Part shown: positions 37,510 to 47,472 of the stretch, in pieces
How positions within the stretch are numbered: position 1 is the first letter of the stretch
Layout: each line of letters begins with the position of its first letter
The notes under the pieces: model-generated
What the model was told of the DNA's origin: nothing
The model's database searches: none
Seen by the model: the letters and a program-made list of their open reading frames with translations, nothing else
Source of the DNA: Hormiphora californensis
Lineage: Eukaryota > Animalia > Ctenophora
Direction: 5' to 3'
DNA: 64,000 nucleotides
NCBI GenBank assembly: GCA_020137815.1
Contig: CM035357.1
Span: forward strand, 1,922,001-1,986,000
Made by a program: the position numbers and the translations under genes

Positions 37510-37745
37510 TCATGAGTCATGACTCATCAGGAGCATCTGAAAGACTTGCTACCACGTCTGACGTCGTGACATGACTGCATGGTTAAGGGTAGAGGGAGTA
37601 CTGTGAAAGTTGACAACACGTCACCATGACGTCATTGGTCACGTGACTTGGTCACGTGGTGTGGTCACTTGCTGTGGTCACGTGACATATAACGGACCCT
37701 AATCTTGTACACCAAATTTTCCCAATTCTATCTGTCACGTGAGTT
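37510..37745 (-). promoter_or_regulatory. Putative cathepsin promoter with clustered E-box (CLEAR-like), CRE and AP-1 motifs
   Basis: GTCACGTGAC at 37638 and 37677, GTCACGTG at 37651 and 37734, TGACGTCA at 37627, TGAGTCATGACTCA at 37513. Confidence 0.55.
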
Positions 37746-37989
37746 GTAACCCTAACTCTAATGATACCTACACACACTCACACACACACAATCTGCAATC
37801 AGCCCAAGGCGTTATTAGGTCACCTGGGTGATTAGCTGGAAGGGCAGCTGGAACCGTTACAACATCAGACTCGATTAAAGCGATACCAAACACTGACCGG
37901 TAATTGGGTTGATTGATATTTAAAACCTCTGTTACAACACAAACATGCCAGTCAGATTCAATCTTCCCGGTAGCGGTGTACGCCCCTGA

Positions 37990-38154
37990 AGTCTTGAGTG
38001 CACCATTTGTTTCGAAGTTGTGGAGCAGGTTACCACACCAGTTATTGTGTATGAGTGTGCCCATTGGGCTTGTGCAGCTTGTGCTTGTCGATGGCTGCTC
38101 ACCCGTTCTGCTATCTGCCAGATGTGCCGTCGTGTGGTTAAACGTATACTTTGA
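37990..38154 (+). pseudogene. C3HC4 RING finger remnant, absent from the ORF track
   Basis: Manual translation SLECTICFEVVEQVTTPVIVYECAHWACAACACRWLLTRSAICQMCRRVVKRIL* has all eight ligands; in-frame stop just upstream. Confidence 0.75.
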
Positions 38155-38192
38155 ATGGGTGGATGGATGGGACCATGCCACCACCTATCTCG

Positions 38193-39235
38193 TATGGTAT
38201 TGGAGGAGAACAAGGGATATATACTTGAATTGTTTCCTCCCGAAACTCACGACAAGTTTTCGGATTTCCCTCCAGCTCCATCACACACGGGAATAACCGA
38301 TGACATGCTCTCTCCATTTTCGAGGTAAATATTCTCTGATTCTTTCCATCACTCGCTCGCGTTCTCTTTCATTTCTATCCTTTACCCCCCCCCCCCCCAG
38401 AGATGCGAAGATCGGAAAAGGGATGGTAAAGAATGTTAAGCTTGCCCCGACTCTGCTCAAAAAATCCAATTACGTGGTGCACCTCACCAATCTGAAATTC
38501 TATATTGAAGAATGTGTTCGTGTTACTAAGGTGCATAGGGCCATCAAATTTAATCAGAGATGTTGGCTCAAGCCATACATTATCGCTAATACAGAGAGAA
38601 GGAGGCAGTCTGTGGACGCCGTCGAGAAAGCGTTTTGGAAGTTGTTGAATAACAGTCTTTTCGGTAAGTTATTTTCCTAATTTATTTCCAATTCATCTTT
38701 TAATCTCCGAATTTTAATCTAAATCTCTGAATTTAAATCTAAATTTTAACAGGGAAAACGATAGAATCGGTGCGAAAGGGAACATCAATTACGTTGGTGA
38801 ACAAGGAGACCGCCGCTTCCAAACCCAACTATAAACGATTCAAGATACTCTCTGACACCTTAGTGGCTGTTGAAAGGGTTAAAACAGATACCATCTTCGA
38901 CAAGCCAATATATGTAAGTTTTAAAGTGATTTTTTTTCATTTTTTTTTTCTATTAATTTTTTTAATTTTTTTTCATCAACCGACTGAAAAGTTTTTTGCA
39001 TAAATTATTCCTTTTTTTCAGATTGGTTTTACGGTGCTTGAATCCAGTAAGCTCCTGATGTTTGATTATCATTATCGAGCAATTCTTTGCAAACACAGAT
39101 TCATTTTTGTATATAACCTAACTACAAATGATCTGTGCGGAACGCAGATGCCCCTCCTGAAGCATCATTTGGATCTTTCCAATTAGACCCGATCACACCC
39201 TCTGTATTCTGATGGGCGTTTCAAGGATGAACTGC
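38193..39235 (+). pseudogene. Polinton/Maverick-type protein-primed DNA polymerase B fragment, decayed, with three spliceosomal introns (38325-38400, 38664-38752, 38914-39021)
   Basis: GYILE...HDKFSDFPPAP, KLAPTL..K.NYVVH, WLKPYI..NTERR, FWKLLNNSLFG^KTIESVR (motif B), KPIY^IGFTVLESSKLLMFDYHY, frameshifted NTDSF (motif C), DLSN*..HPLYS, FKDE. Confidence 0.88.
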
Positions 39236-39423
39236 TGGTTCCAGCGGAAAATGGCCGCTGCTGGGATTCCTCGAGCGATAGCCAGCAGAGAGTTAACTCA
39301 TAATCGCTAACTGGAGGCTCTCAATTCAAGGGGCGACTATCAGTTAATTAATATCCAACAGACCAATATCCGTTTGAAAGCTCACACTCTTTACACCATC
39401 ACAAAAACAACAACATCAAAACA

Positions 39424-39605
39424 TGTGCCCGGTTTGCGATTCGCAAGTTGCGAATTCTCTGTGCTGGATACTACTTCACCCATCTCCATCTACCCCTGCG
39501 GAGACTGGTCCTGTTTTGAATGGGTACTCAAAAATCAAAACGGAACACGCTCCCACTAACCACTTGTCCTACGGTGCCATCGCTCTACCAGAAAGGTGTT
39601 GGTGG
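39424..39605 (+). pseudogene. Possible second, more degenerate RING-like remnant
   Basis: TTSPISIYPCGDWSCFE parallels TTPVIVYECAHWACAA of the first RING; Cys ligands are split across frames. Confidence 0.35.
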
Positions 39606-41457
39606 TAAGTTACTAAGTTGTCAGACGGATTATTGTCTCTAATTTGAGTAATAAAGCAATCAAATAGTAATTAAGTAATCAAATGAGTAACCCCTTCTTC
39701 TTTCAGACCCACGGTAAACCAATATCTAAACTATGCAACTATGCTGTGGTTTTCAAGTTGTTCAAGATACCCACGAACCAGAGATTTCATCCAACGATTC
39801 TATGGGAGATAATTGCGGTTGATAAGGAGCTTAATCTTTTAACATCACAGAGGAGCTACAAAGATGAGATGGCGGCTTACGAGTAGAATTTTCAGTTGGT
39901 GGTCCGAGTGGCCAAGGACCAGAAGATTGGCTAATGAGGGAGAATGGAGGACGGACAATGTCATTTGTGAACATATTTTCTGAGAGAGTGTCAGCGGAGG
40001 TGTTGAGGCCAAAACAACAACACTGACTATTGACTATGTACTAAACAAGGAGTAAAATTTGTTTTTTTGAAGTAAGCTCTTATATAATGAACAACTTTGT
40101 GTGAAATATCTATGAAGAACAATGAAGATATTAAATATTCTACTCTAAATCAACCATTGTTTAGCACTTTGTTACTACTTTTGTACAAGCTAACCACTTG
40201 CTCGACGGGTTGTTGTGGTTCTTAATAAAAAGGGTTTTGCGATATTTTCCATGGTCAATGCTCATAGCGGGTGGACCGCAGAGAATATCGTTAACCCCAA
40301 AGGGACTTTTGTTGATAAGGCTGAAGGCGGGACTGACAATTTCAAAAGCCCAGGGACGTCGCTGGGCCTAGCGTGTACCTGTGTAAGCAAGGTCTAGGCG
40401 CTGCAAGCCCCGCTGGGGGTCGAGGATAACAATAACAATAACAATAACATTATACATATTTAAATCGCTTTTGAGCTATATAATGCTATTCTCGATCAGC
40501 TTAAACAGCGTCCTCTCGATAATAGCAAGCTTTCTAAAGCGCTTCATCGCTGAAATAACCTATAGACATTCGTCCTCGTCGTCATAGATAATAAATTATA
40601 TAAAAATAAAAACGGACTTAGATAATTAATAAATAAGATACAAAAGACAGACTGAACTCCGATGGACACACAAATACATGCAACACACACACACACACAC
40701 ACGTCATACACATACACATTCATACAAACACAAGCAAGTACTTAACATACGAACAATTAAGCACACAACCAAATTCACCAACGTCCAACGGAGTCCAGAG
40801 ATAATCAACCCTACCACATACTGAACAAAATAAAGAAATAAACGCTAATTGAGTGTTGTCCTCATTACTCATTAGTTCATTGTGACTAGGACTCGCTTTG
40901 TCTTGGATTATTATTATCATGGTTATTTGTTATCATGGAGGAATATCAGTTTCACACTTAGGAGATACCATGTAGGATTTCAGGATTTAGGAATTTACTT
41001 TAGGTCTTTTAGTTCTGAAAATAAGGTGCTCTGGAGGGGGTTAATCTTCATAGTAGAAGCCTCCAAGAGCAATATAGCGCTGTGAATTGCGTAGCCAAGA
41101 CTACACAATTCACAGTCCCATTGTGTGAAAAGTCAACTGTACACGTCAAACAGTTGCCAAAAGGCGTATCTACAAGTAAGTCAGTGTCTAGATCTGTCAT
41201 GGGTGGGGATTCTTTTTTTTATTCTCACACACACTTTTTTCTCACATTATTTTTCTGACATCCCTCTTTCTTTTTTTAACTTTTACTACCTCACATTCGA
41301 TCATGTATTTTTCCGTTTTTTGCTGAGGAGGACGAAACATACAGAAACATTTCAATAATATCTACTCAGTACTCTATCTCCCATGACCCCGTCTTGAAAG
41401 ATCAATATTCAAACCCATATTATCCATCACTCGCAACTACACACATATAATAACATG

Positions 41458-44369
41458 CTACTCAGAGAAGGCCTTGGAAAACAACAGTGTTTTTAGATCA
41501 GTTTTGAACCTCTGTAAAGTCCTAGATCGACGGAGCTCCCGCGGAAGATTGTTCCATAGCTTAGGCCCTGATACACTGAAAGCCCTTTCCGTTGTTTTGT
41601 ATTTGGGATGCGGAGTTTCAAGAAGAAGATCATCATAATCTGCACGAAGTGTCATTGGTTTTTTCTTCCTCTTTTCCAGAAGGCCAGTTAGGTATTCGGG
41701 TGCAAGGCCGTTCAGACATTTATAGACCAAAACACAGGTTTTGAAATTGATCCTTTCACTCACTGGTAGGAAATGTAATGCCTTACGCAACGTCGTTGTG
41801 CCTTGCCACCTCCTCTGTCCATAAATGAATCTAGCTGCTGCATTTTGTACCTTTTGTAACTCAGCAACATTCCGTTTAGTCATCCCAGACATCAGAGAAT
41901 TGCAGTAGTCTATTTTTGAATGAACTAAGCTGCATACCAATATTGTCCTAAGCTTCCGAGATAGCTTTCCGGCAATTCGCCACAGATTAACCAGAGTAGA
42001 TTTACATGACCTGACCACAGCCGTGACGTGCTCATCTAAGGACAGCTTCGAGTCAAAGTACACCCCGAGGTTCTTCGCCGAACTCGTTACCAATGAGGGC
42101 CCACTATCTTCAAACAGCTGCATAGAGTCAACAGAACTACTACCTCTCGGGGACAAAATCAGTACTTCAGTCTTAGTTGGGTTAAGTTGAAGGAAGTTTG
42201 TCGTGAGCCAGGCCTGTATATCAGAGACACAACGCCTTAACTTTTGTTCTACCTCTGAGATATCATCCGAGGAATATGCCGCATAGACCTGTGTATCATC
42301 CGCATAAAAGTGAATACCAACACCATGTCGATCAGCAATGGCTTCTAGCTCAGTCGTGTAACAAATGAACAATATCGGTCCTAAAATAGACCCCTGTGGA
42401 ACTCCGATGGATAGTTCAGCAAGGGCTGACTTCATATCCCCCAACACCACTGCAGCATTACGCCCCGTTAAGTAACTCTGAAACCAATTCAGAGTAGTCC
42501 CCTTTACTCCATACAACTTTTCTAGCCGCTTCAGAAGTATCACATGATTCACTGTATCAAAAGCAGCACTTAAGTCTAACAACAACAGTACTACCTTCGA
42601 CTTGTCATCAGTCAGAGTCAGTAGATCATCAAAGATCCGTAAGGTGGCAGTTTCGCAACTTTTGTGTCGACGATATGCAGACTGTTTCTTCGAGAGTAAA
42701 TTGTTATCCTCCAGGTGCCTTACAAACTGGTCCGCTGCACACTTCTCTATTAGCTTTCCAAGGAACGGAAGATTACTCACCGGTCGATAGTTCCCCAAGT
42801 CATCCGGGTCAAGATTTGCCTTCTTGATGGTTGGACGAATCAATGCCGTTTTTAAAGCCGTAGGAAAAACCCCCGATGACAAGCTATCATTAACTATTTT
42901 CGACAAGATAGGAAGTAGTTCACCGAACAGTTTTCGTACAAAGGATGTTGGTATAGGATCAAGGGTACAGTGTTTCGTGCTCATTTCCATGATGGTAGAC
43001 CGAAGCACTTCATCAGAAACCGGCTCAAATTTGAAAATCGGAACAGATGATGGTGAGTCACTTTGTGTAGTCATGGAGACAGGTTGAACGTGATTGTGGC
43101 ACTTCTCCTCCATTCGTCGATAGATTTTCTCAACCTTCCCTTTAAAAGCTCCCATGAAGGTGTCAGCAAGCTTGACTTTTTCAATGTTCCCAGGCATGAC
43201 TTCAACATTTTCCCTCCCAGAAGGTGGTTCGAAGTTTGCCAAGTAGCCCGAGGGTCATGCTGTTGTTCTTCGAGACGAGCCGCGAAGTAGTTTTCTCTTA
43301 CTCCCGTCAGGATTTTATCAGTTTCCTTCTCCTGTGCCTTACAGTCCTCAAAGAAGTTGAGTATCACAACAGGGTCTGTTTTGGTCCGAAGAATTGCCCT
43401 ATACTTCCTTTCTTTCCTCCTTCTTTCCCTTCTTGCCCCTTGGCAGATCTCATAGTTCTGTGTGAACCATTTATTACTGCGAGTTTTAACCTTCCTAGTA
43501 ACCACGGGCGCCCGACTATCCATAAACCCCGTCAACACCGAGACATACAGCTCAACACACTGGTCCAGGTCATCAGGTAACTCATCACAAAGATCCGACT
43601 GAAGAATGTCTTCCCTAAGATCCTCAATGTTAAGGTCTTTCATTTTTCGGCTTGTAACTAGCTTAAACTCACTGTTAGAACTACAGCCAGCCACATTTAC
43701 AGAGAAGCTCACTAGTGAATGATCAGGAAGAGCAGGTGCCCTATAAGTTTCCAGTCCGTCCAACGCCGTAAGGTCTGCATCCCTGGTTAGCACCAAATCA
43801 AGTGTGCCACCCCTCACATGCGTAGGCCCGATAACATGTTGAGACCATCCCTCCGACAGAATAAGCGCTTTAAACTTCTGTGTGAATCGGTCAGTATCAT
43901 CTTGGAACCTAACATTAAAGTCGCCCATGACAACAGGAACACCGCCCTTTGATACAAAGGAATTCAGATAGCTGCCAAACTCAGTTATGAAGTGAGTATA
44001 GTCATTCCCCGTGCGATAGATAACAGCAAGCCGGACTCCAACACTGCCCTTCACGAAGATCTCCAGACATTCAAAAGACTTTGTGGATGTTTTACACGTA
44101 GTAAACTTGATCTTATTCCGAATAATGAACGCCACTCCACCCCCTCGCTTCCCTTTCCTCGGTGCATTAACCAGAGTGTGCCTCCAATCCCCCACCTCCG
44201 CCGCCAGTGAAGATTCATCCAAGTTAAGCCACGTTTCAGTAAGAGCTAGAATCCCAAGTCCATTTTCGACCATCATTCCCATGACCTGATTAACCTTGTT
44301 CCGCAAGGAAAAACAGTTGCCAAGTCCAACCTTAATGGTCCTGCACCCTACCTTCCCTAGATCAGTCAC
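41458..44369 (-). CDS. LINE ORF2: APE endonuclease plus reverse transcriptase, one frameshift near 43215
   Basis: LTETWL, GGGVA, MGDFN, TLDLV, DHSLV (APE); NYRPVSNL, LDLSAAFDTV, GVPQGSILGP, YADDT (RT); LHFLPVSERI, AFSVSGPKLWNNLP. Confidence 0.93.
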
Positions 44370-44386
44370 ACGCCCATCTTCACCAA

Positions 44387-45505
44387 CTAGTTTTTTGCAT
44401 TCCTTAGTTTAAGAAGGAAAACAGGACAGTCAGGCGAACCGGCATTGTGTGAGTTGGCATTACCCTTCAGCTTAGGGTCACTAGCATTTTTACAGTTAGT
44501 GCAACACACTCTCCCCCTGTTCTTACAGTCCTTTGTCTTGTGGCCTTCCGCACAGAACATACATGTAGCCTGTGGTTGCTCGCATTCCCACGCTTTGTGG
44601 CCAAATTTCTGGCAACGGTAGCACTGTGGAATATAGTACCGATCCTCCACCCTACAGGAAACATTTCTAACGAAAAGTTTTCCTCCCTTGACCAACAAGT
44701 CCCGAAGAGCGCAAGAAACTCTCAACCCCACGTTAACCCGTTCTCTCGCTCTCGATTTCCCAACATAGACAACCTCCAAAGTATGCCCCTGGTCTATTAG
44801 AGAGCTCACCTTAGAGTTCTTCATCCGAATCATCTCAACTATGGCACTATCCAAATCACTCCGGCCCATATCAACTGGAAATTCTTCCACGGGAAGTGGA
44901 AAGTCCTTAACCGTAACCTTAGGCAGTTTAATAGATGTCTTATAGGTCGCTGCCTCGGGAAGAACTGCCTTAAGCTGACTCTCAGCAGATTGAAGCATGT
45001 CCTGATCAGGTAAGGCAATTATTACATCGCCATTGGCCTCCGCCCTCATGAAGGACACAGGTGTCTCCTTTAGAGCCTCAGAAGCTCGTTTTACAGCCGT
45101 ATCTCCCGCATTACTAATCGTAATTTTTGCAGCAGGTTTCTTAAGCACTTCAGCAAATGACCCACCGAGATTCTCACCAAGACTCGCCCTTAACCCCACT
45201 TCATCACCCCGACGTAAGTCCATTTCTCCAACAAGTTTTTCTACTATGAAATCAGCGTGCTTACCAAGCTCACTCACAACACATCGAGCAATCTCCTCTC
45301 CACTAGCCCCGGTCTGCCCAAACCCCTTAGCCTTCCCGCTATCCACCGAATCAAAACACGGGGGGCATAGCCAGCATAATCCCACGAGTTTACTTACTTC
45401 GACGGGTACGGGCGGATCAGCATCATCTCGCTCCTCTTTGCACATCAAACATACCATCTTCTCTGTAACTGCTATCTCTGCAGCCGCCTTTCTCGTTTTT
45501 GTCAT
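44387..45505 (-). CDS. LINE ORF1: truncated PHD-like N-terminus plus gag-like CCHC zinc knuckles
   Basis: CLMC...WLCPPC; QCYRCQKFGHKAWEC, CMFCAEGHKTKDC, CTNC...H....PDCP. Confidence 0.9.
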   Translation of the reverse strand: MTKTRKAAAEIAVTEKMVCLMCKEERDDADPPVPVEVSKLVGLCWLCPPCFDSVDSGKAKGFGQTGASGEEIARCVVSELGKHADFIVEKLVGEMDLRRGDEVGLRASLGENLGGSFAEVLKKPAAKITISNAGDTAVKRASEALKETPVSFMRAEANGDVIIALPDQDMLQSAESQLKAVLPEAATYKTSIKLPKVTVKDFPLPVEEFPVDMGRSDLDSAIVEMIRMKNSKVSSLIDQGHTLEVVYVGKSRARERVNVGLRVSCALRDLLVKGGKLFVRNVSCRVEDRYYIPQCYRCQKFGHKAWECEQPQATCMFCAEGHKTKDCKNRGRVCCTNCKNASDPKLKGNANSHNAGSPDCPVFLLKLRNAKN

Positions 45506-45671
45506 CGTCTAGATGGGGAATTGAGGTGCCTCACGACAACCTCAATAAATAGTTTTACGTTGTAGTTGATGAAAGTTTGAAGGAGGCGAAGTCCTCGAAA
45601 AATGATGACGTAAAGTTTGGCAAACGCTGCTGAGTGCTGACCGCAGCGGTTTAAAAATTAAAAAAGTAAAG

Positions 45672-45887
45672 TCGGATTTTTTGAAACTGTCACCCCCCTA
45701 GAGTTTTCAAATTTCTTTAAATGACCATAAGTCCGGTTCCTGATGAGATAGAGACTTGAAATTTGGAAGTTACAAAGATCTTGCTAAGTTCTTCCAAACC
45801 TCCAAATTTCAAGTCTCTATCTTATCAGGAACCGGAGATATGACAAATTTTGTTATTTCAGGGGGGTGACAGTTTCAAAAAATCCGA
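45672..45887. mobile_element. Foldback MITE
   Basis: TCGGATTTTTTGAAACTGTCACCCCCCT TIR plus inner inverted repeat CCGGTTCCTGAT.AGATAGAGACTTGAAATTTGGA. Confidence 0.85.
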
Positions 45888-47159
45888 GTATAAAACGGAT
45901 TTTGAAAAAAAAACGGATTTTGAAAATCTTTCCGTTTTAAAAAAACTCGCGTAAAATGCAAAAAATGTGTATTTTGCGCGCGCCTCTCTCACGCGCTTTT
46001 ATCGCGCCGCGCTATTTCCGAACTCTTCGCTCCAATTCCCGAACGATTTAGAAAAATTCTCAATTTTATAGTGGCTCTTTTTTGCAACAAAGACCCTGAC
46101 CATTCTACCTGCTATATACCCACTGACAGAGTATTGGGCATGCCGACCTTACGGACTATTCTCAATTCTTCTAATTTCGGAGACTGCTGTCAGACCTGTA
46201 TGGCGGCGCCATACCCCATTTGATTCGACAGTGCGCTCAGATGGGTCGCGGCGCCAGACAGTGTCAGACGTTGTTGAGTCTCAACGGGGTTCAGATAGCC
46301 TGGCCTGGGTTGTTCAACAACATTCTCCAAACTGGCGACATTACCAGTCTAGCAACTTCCCTTATTATCGCAAAATGAAACGCACGAATTTTAAATTTAA
46401 ATGTTGAAGGGGATTAAAAAGGGATGGAAAACCACTCTGAAGATGTTGAAATGTCAGAAAACGGTGTTCTCATTTTCTCGTTCTCTCCCTAGTGACCAGG
46501 ACAAATTGAGACACAATTCCAGTTGAATTTATCCCAAAAGTGTCACTGCATGTCACTTTCCTCGATCTCTCTCACACACATCTTTCTCTCACTCTCTCAC
46601 TTTTGACGTAGTGCATACTGCACTGCTGCTTAATTCAGCCGTTTTGTCCTGTTAGACAAATAAATAAATAACGTTAGAAAGGCAAAAACGTTAGAAAGGC
46701 AAAAACACGCACATTATATATGGGGAAGAAACAGTTTTAAACTTGTACTTGGACTAAAAATGGGGGTAAGTAACGTAAGCTAATAACTTAACTAAAACAT
46801 AGATATATGCTAAACGGCTAAGGTCTGAAAAATGTAATGTCTCAGAAATTTTCGTACTTCATTAACAATATTCTTCAGCAATGCTCACTCTCTCTCTCTC
46901 GCTATCTTCATTTCTCTCAGTATACATATTTCTAACACTCTCACTATCGCTCTCTTTCAATATCTTTTTCTTTCTCCTCCTCAACACTCTATTTTTCATC
47001 TAAGTTTGGATAAATATAACTGTATACTCCTCTCTCTATCTCACACGCTGTTCTAGTTCTCAAGTGACCCTTACATTTGGGACACAGTAAAAGAGGGTAG
47101 ATTCATGAAATATATTACTCCCGTGCGACAAAAAAAGGTTTCGATCATTGTTCATTATA

Positions 47160-47428
47160 AGGCAACACGTTGTAACCATGGAAACACATTGTAACCATGG
47201 CAACACATTGTAACCAAGGCAACACGGTGTAACCATGGCAACAAGTTGTAACCATGGATACACGGTTGGCAACAAGTTGTAACCATGGCAACACATTGTA
47301 ACCATGGCAACAAGTTGTAACCATGGCAACACATTGTAACCATGGCAACACATTGTAACCATGGCAACACGATGTAACCATGGCAACAAGTTGTAACCAT
47401 GGCAACAAGTTGTAACCATGGATACACG
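47160..47428. repeat. 20-bp minisatellite built on TTGTAACCATGGCAACA, about 13 copies
   Basis: direct inspection; the unit contains an RFX X-box-like GTAACCATGGCAAC. Confidence 0.92.
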
Positions 47429-47472
47429 TCTCTTTGTAACGTCGCACACACGAGGGAGGGTGTAGATTCTTC

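Larger units (their letters stand above)
40427..45640 (-). mobile_element. Near full-length L2-group (L2/L2B/Crack-like) LINE, about 5.2 kb, with (TTATTG)n tail and about 1-kb 3' UTR; 5' boundary uncertain
   Basis: ORF1 and ORF2 in tandem; simple-repeat tail at about 40427-40450 preceded by an AAGCGCTTTAG...AAGCGATTTAAA 3' stem typical of L2-like ends. Confidence 0.9.

Noticed and set aside
43200-43245. Programmed ribosomal frameshift in LINE ORF2
   Set aside because: A single-base loss in a G run explains it; LINE ORF2 is normally continuous
42602-45512. Plus-strand ORFs overlapping the LINE
   Set aside because: Antisense shadows of ORF1 and ORF2 with no motifs
47160-47428. Regular repeats suggesting a CRISPR array (also 36684-36793 and 25692-25898)
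   Set aside because: Units are adjacent with no unique spacers; ordinary minisatellites
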